From assembly GCA_951406725.2 (NCBI GenBank), contig OX597816.1, forward strand, positions 46,624,001-46,688,000: a DNA stretch of 64,000 bases, given 5' to 3'. This document shows positions 12,404 to 23,476 of the stretch, piece after piece; the first letter of the stretch is position 1; the number at the start of each line of letters is the position of its first letter. The notes beneath the pieces were generated by a model, which did no database searches, had not been told where the DNA came from, and saw only the letters and a program-made list of their open reading frames with translations. A program made the translations under genes and the position numbers. The DNA comes from Octopus vulgaris. Lineage: Eukaryota.

Positions 12404-13095
12404 TAAGCTGCTAGACAAGGCATTCCATTTGATGTCCCATTTCATAATTCAATTCACATCAGAGCTATTATACGTATGTTGGTTGGTTAACTGGGCGCTG
12501 GAAATTCGTTCAAGTTGCAGGTGGTTTCCTACGTAAAGCCAACCACAATATTCTCTTTTAATGAATCATACTTATTTCCAATTCGATGTTACAAAAGTTA
12601 CTTTGCCAACGGCTGTTATGCTGAATACCAGTAGCTTAGTGTGTGAGAATGTATATTTGTCAGGAAAGAGAAAATGTAAATCATGCTTGGGGAGGTGGTC
12701 TTTTAGCACATGTGTTCGAAGTGGCATGGCTATCGGTGGACCAAGATAACATTTATGAGTTTCACTAAAATACAGGCCAAGATAAGCTGATATGCTGTGG
12801 CCATTGTTTGTTGCTAGGTTGATGCAGTTTCTAATGCTATGTGTAACAGCTGTGCAACTAAGACTGCCTGCTGGTTGGTTGTAAGATTAAATCTAATGCA
12901 AATATTTTGTTGTTTATAAACAGAGCACTTTATTCTGCATTGTTTCAGTTCACACAGCTATCTGTAATAGGTATCAACTAGAAATGATATATGCGAGTGA
13001 GATTTATTGCTTTTCCAGGAGACGCCTTCTCTTAAAAATTCTCTGATAGTCATTTGCCATTTTTATATATCAGTGATGCACAATCTGGTTTATAC

Positions 13096-13638
13096 CAGGG
13101 TTTCCAGCCTGGGTGTTTGCAGCTTTTGGTGATGTGAAATGGCTTTTTGGAGGTGTGATAAAGAGTGTTAGATATGTTCTAAGCACACAAAGAACTTCAT
13201 TAATTTTACATATGTAGATATAACCGTTAAAAGATCATGACCAAAAATTGTCTCCACTGTTATTCCACTTGTAATGACATAGTTGTGTGATTCACTTAAA
13301 TCCACAGGCAGACATGCAGACCTCAATTAGCAAGAAAGATTCATATCTCGACAGTCACAAATAAGAAGCTGGAGCAAAGAATTCATTGAATTTTGTTTCC
13401 AAACAAGATTGATTTCACTGTTTAGAGTTTTTGTTTCTAATTACTCAAGTTTACATTAGCTTTTTACGCGAGTCACAAGTTTATATTTCTTAAGTTTATT
13501 CACCCATTGTACTGTATGCTGTTCATTCATAAATCAAAAAAAATTTTTTTCAATGTTTTCATGTGTGATATTTGTAGGTGGTGCAAACATTAAACATTTC
13601 CTAGGGTGAGGGCCATAGGAAAGGTTAGGAACCAACTA
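13096..13638. mobile_element. Possible old hAT-type MITE
   Basis: Termini CAGGGTTTCCAGCC ... AAGGTTAGGAACCAACTAG loosely match hAT TIRs; no convincing TSD. Confidence 0.35.
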
Positions 13639-13822
13639 GTGTGTATCAAAGAATTTGGGTGGTCCATGGTGACTTCTATGAGTATGTCCTATTGTATTTC
13701 CTCATTTAATTAAAAGTAAATTTGTATTTGGTGACCCATTATGTTTTCTTTCTAAATTATGCAGAAAAATTTCTGAAAAAGGTATGATAATATACTGCAA
13801 TATACTTAAACCAACTTATAAC

Positions 13823-14152
13823 CTCTTCTCTACTAAATTGGACTGCTGTCTCTATAATAAATAATTGTAGAAGAAATTAGCATTTCATTGTGCAAACAAT
13901 CTGCTACTGTGCAGCTCTATATGGCTCTAGAGCCCTGATTGAATTAGCCCAAGATTCTGATGATCGAATGTATAGATCCCATCTAAAAAGATGGGATATG
14001 CAGGGCTTGAATGCATTCAAGCTTAGGAATCATAAGTTTGTTCAATCAAGTCTAATATAGAACTTCACAGCAGCAGATTGTTTGCACAGTGAAATGCTAA
14101 TTTCTTCTACAATTATTTATCATAGACTGTAGTCCAGTTTGGTAGAGAAGAG
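13823..14152. repeat. ~100-bp inverted repeat with 132-bp spacer
   Basis: Arms 13823-13922 and 14055-14152 are reverse complements, with about 9 substitutions and one 2-nt indel by manual alignment. Confidence 0.9.
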
Positions 14153-15059
14153 ATGCATTATCTAAGATGGTGTAGTTTGATTTGAAATGAAAATTGCTGC
14201 TGTTTCTCGCATATCATAGGACTACATACAGGTTCCCTTATTGCCAAGTAGTATTAAACTATTCATCTCAACACTGATGTTACTAATACGGTTGGTAATT
14301 TAGTAACGCTCATGTTCATTCCGAATTGAATACGAAATGTGAATTTCCATTTCTAGAATGAATACACCCATGAAAGGCATTTAATACGAACAACTATGAT
14401 TAATTATAGATCCTTTCTTTGTTATTCTTTAAAAAAAAAAAATTGAAAATAGGCATTAACTGATCTTATCGAAATTATCTCCCTTGTTTCCCCTCTATCT
14501 CTCGAACACACATGCACACGTTTTTACTAATCTTTTGTATAACCCCAGCTGATTGTTTTGCTAATGACTTACATTTTATGCCAAACTGTCAAATGCATTG
14601 ACACGTTACTGTCGAAGGGAAATAACTCTTTAATTTTCCTTTTCCATTAAAATTTCGTTCAACTAGTTTAGCTACTGCTTCATTTGTTTTTCGGTGAAAT
14701 ATTTTCATTTCCGCATTTTTACTGCTGGCAGAAAACGCGTCAAGTACGTAGCTTCTTTTTGACTTTTATAAAATAACAACATTCCAATCGTGGCCAGTTC
14801 ATTTTTTTCTTTTTCCAAGATGTTATGGATATAATTCAGAGGTGTATTAGGCTGTTGTTTAGATCAAGCATACACAATAGTGTCCTCCTTAAAAATTTGT
14901 TTACTTGAGTCTATAGCCTTAATCATTATTATAATTCTTATTTCTTAATGGAAGCAAATTTTGTGATAAACAATTGCCATCGTCCCGTGTCACAAGTTGA
15001 TACATTCTTAATTCAAACTCCAAAACCTTGATGTTAATTTCTAACTGCCTACACATTCT

Positions 15060-15480
15060 CAAGCTACTAATAAATTGGTACATCCAGGATGATTTTGTAC
15101 TGTGCAGGTATCTTGATCTGAGTAAAGATTGACAAAACTCTTCCTGTTCAGTATTTGAGCATTGCTGAGTTGTGGAATTAACATATTGAACAGACTATTA
15201 GCAGAGTCCATCATAAAGATTTGTTTATGTATTTCTTTGGCTTGGAAGAGCAAGAAATTTTCCTCTGTCTGGTGGCTATGGTGAAAGAGACTGCATGATA
15301 TTTGCATCGCAAAGGATTGAGAACAGATGTTTCCTTCTTCAGCCAACCCCTATCAATTTCATATTCCACTTGGGGAGGGAGGATAAGAGTAGCAAGAACT
15401 GACTCTCAGAATGCATCTCTGGCCCAGAAGTGGGAGAAAGCATTATCCCTTTGTAGTCTGAGTAACCCCCGAATCTGTAG
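15060..15480 (+). pseudogene. Degenerate L1/Tx1-like LINE ORF2 C-terminal fragment
   Basis: Broken plus-strand peptides QYLSIAELWN*, LLAESIIKI and LEEQEIFLCLVAMVKETA*YLHRKGLRTD resemble Tx1-clade ORF2 ends. Recognised by eye only. Confidence 0.45.
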
Positions 15481-15877
15481 GGTTCCTGTCCCCTCCTCCA
15501 CACTTGAGCTTTTTATTTCATGCTTTTAGAATATATTAGTTTTCATAATTTGTTTTTTTATAACAACCAATTATGCGTAAGCCCCATCCATTTATATATT
15601 TTTGCGTGATTTGTTTTTGTAATGCCCCCCCCTCATATGTCATGTTTTGTGACAAATTAAAAAATCATTATTAACAATTAGAGAAGTAAAGAAACAACTC
15701 ACATAAGGTTCATATGAGCTTCTACTGCACCATCAGGTGTACTGGCAACGTTGCCTAAAAGTGTGCAAGAGTGTGTGCGTATTAATTTTAGTTCACTTTT
15801 TTTGTGAAATTTCTTTTGTTGTTTATTATTATATTGGCAGGCTCCCAGAATCGTTAATATCCTGTGTAAAATGTTTT

Positions 15878-16035
15878 CTCTCTTTTACTTGTTTCAGTCA
15901 TTTGATAGCGGCGATGCTGGAGCACATCGACCCCAGGACTTATTCTTTAGAAGCCTAGTACTTATTCTATAAGTCTCTCGTGCCAAACCGCTAAGTTACA
16001 GGGACATAAACACACCAACATCGGTTGTCAAGCGT
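15878..16035 (-). mobile_element. SINE family A 3' fragment
   Basis: Family A tail sequence, truncated at the internal microsatellite position. Confidence 0.8.
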
Positions 16036-16880
16036 TGTAGAGCTGTTAGCATGTCAGATAAAATGTTTAGTGACATTTCTCTTTACATGCTGAGCTCATT
16101 GTCCCACTGAGGGCAACTTTGCCTTTCCTCTTTTGGGGGCTCAATAAAATGTATACCAGTCACGTTCTGGGGTTGATGTAATCAACTAGCTCACTTCCCC
16201 CAAATTTCGGGCCTTGTGCCTCTAGCAGAAAGGATTATTATTAAAGCAACAAGCTGGCAGAATTGTTAGTGTGCCAGACACAATGCTTAGCAGCATTTCT
16301 TCTGGCTTACATTCTGAGTTCAGATTCCACTGAGGTCAGCTTTGCCTTTTATCCTTCCAGGGTTAATAAAATAAGTACCAATTAAGCACTGGGGTCAATG
16401 TAATCGACTTCTCCCTTTGTAAAATTCCAGGCCTTGTGGCTATGATAGAAAGGATTATTATTATCATTATTATCACATGGTGAACTGGTTGAATTGTTAC
16501 AGCATCAGGCAAAATACCTATTAGGTCATCTTCATTTTTCATCCTTCCAGAATCAATAAAATACAGTACCAGTCATGTACCGACTGTTAAGTTAATTGAC
16601 TACCATCCTCCTCTACATTTGTAATTTTGTGCTTAAGCTAGAAATTATTCTTTATTCAGTGATGGATTGGCCAAACTGTTAGTGTCAAACATAATGCCTT
16701 TCAGTGTTTGTTCTGAGTTCAATCGACTGTCCCTCCTTCCTTAATTTTGTGCCTATCTGAGAATTCTTCATTACTATAAGGGTAGAATTGGTAATGCAGT
16801 TATTATTTCTTCATGGTCTTTTTTAATCGTCTGTTTTTCCCCCCGCCCTAAAATGTGTGGTCTTGTACTTAGGCCAGGCA
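16036..16880 (+). mobile_element. Head-to-tail cluster of ~5 family B SINEs
   Basis: Repeated ~200-bp modules ending GGCCTTGTG..AGAAAGG(ATT)n, with progressively more decayed copies downstream. Confidence 0.8.
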
Positions 16881-17662
16881 TAAATTAAAATAATAATATA
16901 TACCTAGACCATAGTGTGAATTGAGAGCTTTTCCAAATTTACAATGGGAAAATGTAAGGGAGAGTACTCTGTGTAATAGCAATTATCTCCCTTTACAAAA
17001 TTACTAGGTAATGAGTATCAGTAAATTTGTCAAATCTAAAATATAAAAGTTTATTTATAACTAAATTTCTTTCCTTTTTGTTTCTCTTTTATTCATTTAA
17101 TATCTGTTTTATAATTTTTTTATTCAAATAATAGTTTTATATTTTTTGTTATAGTCAGCTTGTTCTATTAATTTTGTTTTTTTTTCAATACATTGAATAT
17201 TCTTTTTTGCAAAGGACAGCAAAATCCAACAGGTGTGATCCTAAACATATGTTGCTAAGTCTGCCTGCTAGCACGTCGACAATTTAGTCATCCGTCTGCA
17301 TTACATTAGATCATTATTCTATTTTATTGCGGCCAGTATTGCTTAAAAGTACTGTAAACTGCAAGAACTCTGTTACCTGGGCATTGCTTTATTTTAAGCA
17401 AATTAATGATGTCCGTTGTACTTCCCTTGAGTGAATATATACTTACAGTTGTATGTAACTATGGAAAATTTTTAAAGTTTTCACTGTCCACTGGAAAAGC
17501 AGGATAAGAGATCAACTGATGAGGTTGTAACCATATTTTTGTAATCGGTTTTCTTAATTTGGTGGGTGGGGAAACCTGCTTTTGTTACAGATGTTGGTAA
17601 AAGGTTTTCCAATAAGAATTTCATATAGTCAAATCGATGTTACTAAATTTGTTGCTAGAAGT

Positions 17663-17707
<45 letters not shown>

Positions 17708-17847
17708 CGCACATGTATTGGCTTTATATTGTAACTGATATTAGTATGAAAATCTTGGAAATTAATTTTTTAAGGTCGCTATTTATGTGCATACACTTTA
17801 TGCCAAGTCATTTGAATTGTCAGAAAGATTCTTTAAAAAAATATTTC

Positions 17848-17881
<34 letters not shown>

Positions 17882-19919
17882 CTGATTATACAATGTGGAA
17901 AATATATCTTTTTAATTTGTCTGGTCTTAAAAGCTTTACAACAATATATGGCTTAGGCAACAAATAAACCCTCTTTCTCTAGTCCTCTCTGAAATCTATT
18001 CAACAGCTGAGATCTTTTTTTGTTAGATTTATTGTTTTAGTGAGAGGATAGGTAAGTGTTTCATGTTAATAACTTATGGAATTAACAGATTATCACCACC
18101 TCTGATTGTGATTACTTTGGCTACTATCTTCTGGCTGTAATATACTCCACTCACATGGGTATTGTTTCTCTGGAGGTATTCAGCTGCCGATAAGCTTCTG
18201 TAGACACTTCATTTCGACTACTTTCTATTATAGTACATATATGAATGTATTTCAGATTTGAAAATAATTTACTTTCTTTTTCTGAAATGAATTTCGCATC
18301 TAATTCAGGATTGATTGAATATATAATTTAATTAGATACAATATACATTGTATTTAATATTCCTTACTGAAAAAACATCTACAGTTTTACAAATTTCGAA
18401 AGATTCTCAAATGAGATTGAAAGTAAGGAGATGAATGAAATTTGAAATGAGAAGGAAAACAGAAAGAAATTCAAGTAAAAGAAAATTCTTTTTATGGTAA
18501 TTATTACCATTGGATACAAATGTTTCCTTTGTATCGAATCATTGTCACTTTGTTGTCATGAGATATTATTCACACTCACAACATACACTTTTTATATAGG
18601 TTACTAGATATTACAGGATTGTGAACTTCACCTCTATATCACATTTATTTTAATCTCTCTTTACTCTTCATTGAGTGATAATGAAACTGTAATCAAAGGT
18701 GGGGAGAAGATAAATACTACATTTCAACATGAAATAGTTTCTTTTTTTTCCCCCCTTCTATCTAAAAGATATATATATATATATATACTTACTAAATATA
18801 ACTTCATAGAAGGGAGGAAAATCAACAGTATTGTGAGGTTACCTTTTTCAAATTCTCATTCCTTTTTGTGTGAAAAAAAGAAGTTAACCACTTAAAAAAA
18901 AAAACTTTTAAAAGGAAAAGTATAATCAATGTTTTATTTGCCAAACCATTTTGAAAAAACAACACATTGCCTGTTTCATCGTGGGATTGTATTGATTTAA
19001 GATTAGTGCCATCTGGCAAACGTACCTTCTTTTGAATGAAAATTACTTGGACAACTGGAGTAAGTATATTTCAATGGAAAATTTTCTTGTGAAATATTTT
19101 GGCAGTTAAACTTGTATGTGTAGTTAGTTCCTCTATAAATCTAGGTATAAATTCACAGTGTATGTGGGTATATGTGTTTTTATTAGGCTCATAAATTTAG
19201 TCGTAAGTATCTCATAATATATATTTTGCATTTGAAAATATACATTCATTTAATATGTATAAGTTTATACTGTTAATGTATGTTTAATTTTTTTATGTGT
19301 TAATAAATTTGAGTGAAATATTAATGTTCTTTCCCTTTTAACTAACAATTTTTTTTTAAAGTGTTCAAAGTAATTTAAATTGTTTATGAGGATGTTAATA
19401 TGTTCACTAATTCTTTAACTATGTTTATATAGTGATTTTTGACTGAGTTAGGAAACTCTCGATCTTTTTAAGGGAAGGAATATTGTATGTCATGCTAAAA
19501 TTGTTCTATATAATGCCATTACCACATAACTTTTAAATACACACTTATTTACCTACTACTTGGAAAGACATTTCTTTTGATATTGAATAAGTATATTTGT
19601 ATATAGTTTTACTATGCTGGCCTAGGCTGGAAGGGCTTCAGCATTTCCCTACATAGTGTAATTCCCTGTCATCTGGCATGGGTTTTACAGCTGATAACCC
19701 TTCCTGTTACCAGTCACTTTACAGAAATACTGGGGTTTACATTCCTTCAAAATATGAAGAGGAATAAGTGCTCTTAGTATGGGTGATCCTAGTATATTAC
19801 TATAAGTGTATATTTTATTGACAACAAAAATACAGGCATGGTTGTTTAGCTAAGACGTTTTTCAGTTGCTTGGTTTCAGGTTTCATCCTACTGTGTGTCA
19901 CCTCAGACAAGTTTCTTAA

Positions 19920-20650
19920 CCCTTTCACATTCAGATTTCTTTATCAAATATCATCATCATCGTTTAACGTCCGCTTTCCATGCTAGCATGGATTGGACAA
20001 TTTGACAGGTCTGGAGAACCAGATGGCTGCACCAGGCTCCAATCTTGATCTGGCAGAGTTTCTACAGCTGGGTTCCCTTCCTAACGCCAACCACTCTGAG
20101 AGTGTAGTGGGTGCTTTTACGTGCCACCGGCACGAGGGCCAGTCAGGCAGTACTGGCAACGGCCACTCTCAAATGGTGCTTTTTATGTGCCACCTGCACA
20201 GGAGCCAGTCCAGTGGCACTGGCAACAACCTTGCTTGAATGTTTATTCAAGTGCCAGTAAGGCGACGCAGGTAACGATCACGCTCGAATGGTGCATTTTA
20301 CGTGCCACTGGCACAGAAGCCAGTTTGTTGCTCTGGCAATGATCATGCTCAGATGGTACTCTTAGCGCTCCACTAGCACAGATGCCAGTCATCGAATTTG
20401 ATTTCGACTTCACTTGCCTCAACAGGTCTTCGCAAGCAGAGTTTAGTGTCTAATGAAGGAAATGCTTATTTATTCACATTGTTTTAAATTAATCAAAGAT
20501 TATCTTGTAGCTTTGAGAAATTTGAATGGTGTGTTTGTATATTTTTAGAATGACATTGTAGAATATGTGTGAAAGGTTGGATTTGGTCAGTTTGAACATA
20601 AAATAGGTAGAATATTTTGGCCAGATATGACTGGCTTAAACACTAAAGGG
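19920..20650. mobile_element. piggyBac-like TTAA MITE carrying a nested family C element, itself inside a family A SINE
   Basis: TTAA|CCCTTTCACATT ... AACACTAAAGGG|TTAA. The body matches the 51120-51330 copy once 19951-20460 is removed. Family A sequence resumes on both flanks. Confidence 0.8.
19951..20460 (-). mobile_element. Family C retroposon (SINE or LINE 3' end with (GAT)n tail)
   Basis: Reverse complement ends ..CATGCTAGCATGGAAAGCGGACGTTAAAC(GAT)n. Internal subrepeats GGTGCTTTT.ACGTGCCACC. Similar copies at 21044, 27985 and 44880. Confidence 0.8.
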
Positions 20651-22697
20651 TTAAACCATAACTTCAGCTTGACCATTACTTTGTAAATAAAATTTGATAA
20701 ACTAAAGCTCTAGAAGTCCATTATATATTTATGAGTACAATGTGGTCTTCCTACTAAGGCAGAAACTTCAAATAAAAATTGACTTGCTCTGTGATGATCC
20801 ATTCAAACCATATCAGCATGGAAAGCAGACTTTAAATGATACCATTATGATGTATATGTATGTGTGAATAATGTAAACAACAGAAAGAAAATTGAAAACT
20901 GATGCTTTACATAGGAAGTCCCATGCAATATTTCTTTTACATCATGCTACACACACACACATTCCCTTGTTGCTCTCACTGCCAGAAATGTAGTTGATCA
21001 GTGATTGGCCTGTCAGAAACATTAAGGAATAGCTTGGTTGCAATCATCATCATCATTTAGCATCTGCTTTCTATGCTGGCATGGGTTAGATGGTTTGACT
21101 GAAATGAGTAAGCTGGAGAGCTGCTCCAGGTTCCAACCTGATTGGGCCTGTTTTCTACAGTTATGCCCTTCCTAATGCCAACCACTCCAAGAGTGTAATG
21201 GGTGCTTTTTACATGCCACCAGCACAGTTACCAGTTATGTGACACTGGTGTTGGCCACATTATATAAAAATAAAGAGATTATAATTTTTGTCTGCATTTC
21301 TAGCATAGGTTGGATAAGTCATCACAGTCCAAGTCAATTCTTATTTGAAGTTACTACCCTCTTACATAGTTTGGACCGGACCATGTCTTGCTCACACAGT
21401 TCATTTTTGGCTTGGTTCCCATGGCTGGATGCCCTTTCTATCACCAACTACTTTATAGTGTGTGCTGGGTGCATTTTCTCATGGTACCAACAAGAGAGAG
21501 ATTATCGTGTCCTCCACAAGACTAAGTTCCTATCAACCCTATGTCAACTCTACTCTGTTAACAACCCCTTTACAGAGTGTACTGGGTGCATTTTATCATG
21601 TCACCAACAGTTGACAGGTTGCCCTGTGTCTTCTAAGACTGAGGAGTTGTCACAATTCTATGTGGTGCTTATTTGCTCAAGGCATGGACTAAGAAATAAA
21701 TGATGAGAAACATTGATGACAGATGAGAGAAATATCAACCTCAGCTGGATTTGAACCTTGATTAGTGAATATCTAGCAGTTCAAATCTGTCTTAATTTCA
21801 GGTTCATAGTTCGATTCTATCTCTATATTTGTAATGTACTTAGTAGTCGTCATCACTCTCTGTATTTATCAGTGTGTTTCATTAGTACAAATAAACCATG
21901 TTAAAAGATAAGTCAGACACGTGACTTTATTGTTGTCTGTCTTGTGGGAGATGGATTTAAATGTACAACGGTTCTTACACAACCCCCATGTCTCCCACCA
22001 TACATACACTGCCCTTCATTCTCTCTTTCTTCTTTCATTTGATTATTCATGCTATTAGGATTAAGTACTTGTCTTGTGCAAGTAGTTTTAATGAACTCTC
22101 ATACTGTTGGCTCTAATCTCTGTGTAATAAACTAATAGTATTTCAGTATCAGTGATGACAGTTTTACATTCACTGCAGCTTTCTTTCTGTAATATCTTTG
22201 CCATTATCATATGCTCCTCCTCACCACTTGTTTGTTGATCTACTTCCAATTAGTCAGCTTAATTACAGCTATCAGTAAAAGCATGCCTTGGCTATATGTC
22301 ACACACATACACGAATTCATTTGTTCAGTGTGTTGGCTGAGCTTTAGCTACTCACTCACCTGTATCATCCCTGACGTAGACACTGGGTCGTCTGCTGGCT
22401 AATAATATATAGCCTTGAAATTATCTGTGCATCCACACACGTGCCCTGTTCAGCAGATGTTGCATCTTTTCAAAAAAGATTTTTTAAAATCTGCATGATA
22501 TATATAACTGTTGATAATTCAGTTCATTTCTTTCACCATCCCACTTACCTATAATTTTAACTGAACTTTTTCACTCCTGTTACCACTCACAGTTCATAAT
22601 TTAGATACTGCTTTACAGAACGCAGCAGGTGGTGCATTCAAAATGCTAACTTGTCTGTCTTTGTCTCAAGTTAAGGACTCTCCTTTACAATAGCTAC

Positions 22698-22727
<30 letters not shown>

Positions 22728-22729
<2 letters not shown>

Positions 22730-23143
22730 GTGAGCTAGCAGAATTATTACCACACTGGACAAAATGTTCTGAGTTCAAATTTCAATAAGGTCAACTTTGC
22801 CTTTCATCTCTTCAGGGTTGACAAAATAAGTGCCAGTTGTAATTGACTAGGCCCCCTCCTTTAGAATTGCTGGCCTTGTACCATAGTAGAAAGAATTATT
22901 ATTATTACTATAAAGGCGGAGAGCTGGCAGAATCATTAACATGCCGGGCGAAATGCTTAGCTGCATTTCATCTGTCTTTGGGTTCTGAGTTCAAATTCTG
23001 CCATGGTCAACTTAGCCTTTCAGGGTCAATGAAATAAGTACTAGTTGAATACTGAGGTCAATATAATTGACTACCTCCCTCCGACAAATTTCAGGCCTTG
23101 TGCCTTTAGTAGAAAGGATGATTATTATTATTATTATTATTAT
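22728..23143 (+). mobile_element. Two tandem family B SINEs
   Basis: Heads GGTGAGCTAGCAGAA and GGCGGAGAGCTGGCAGAA, B-box-like GAGTTCAAATT, (ATT)n tails. Confidence 0.8.
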
Positions 23144-23476
23144 TGATTGATTGAGAGAGCAGTTCATGCCATCAAAGTGACACTGGGGTAAAATATACGA
23201 AGCCCAGTATACCCATCATGACTACCCGTCTGATAAGGGTACACCAGGCACATGCATCACAACCATATGTACGCGACATGGTGACCTCATATCAAGATAA
23301 ACAGCGCATGACCTTGCAGGTGGGGCCCAGTTAGAATTTTCTTCAGGTTGAGTAGCCCATCCCGCTCAAAAGGTCCCTGAATAAGGGTTGTTTAAGGATG
23401 TTGAAAGAACCACCCATGTTTCCAGAGGTGAATTATTCAAACCCCAAAGAATCCCTCAACACATGGCAATGACTCT
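23144..23476 (-). mobile_element. Distinct interspersed repeat (probable retroposon) inserted in an (ATT)n tract
   Basis: GC-richer 330-bp block bounded by ATT repeats on both sides, with an (AATC)n/(AAT)n-type tail on the minus strand. Confidence 0.5.

Noticed and set aside
17510-17545. CTGATGA-GGTT-GT-AACC hammerhead-like start
   Set aside because: Not followed by GAAA and no stem III or stem I closure.
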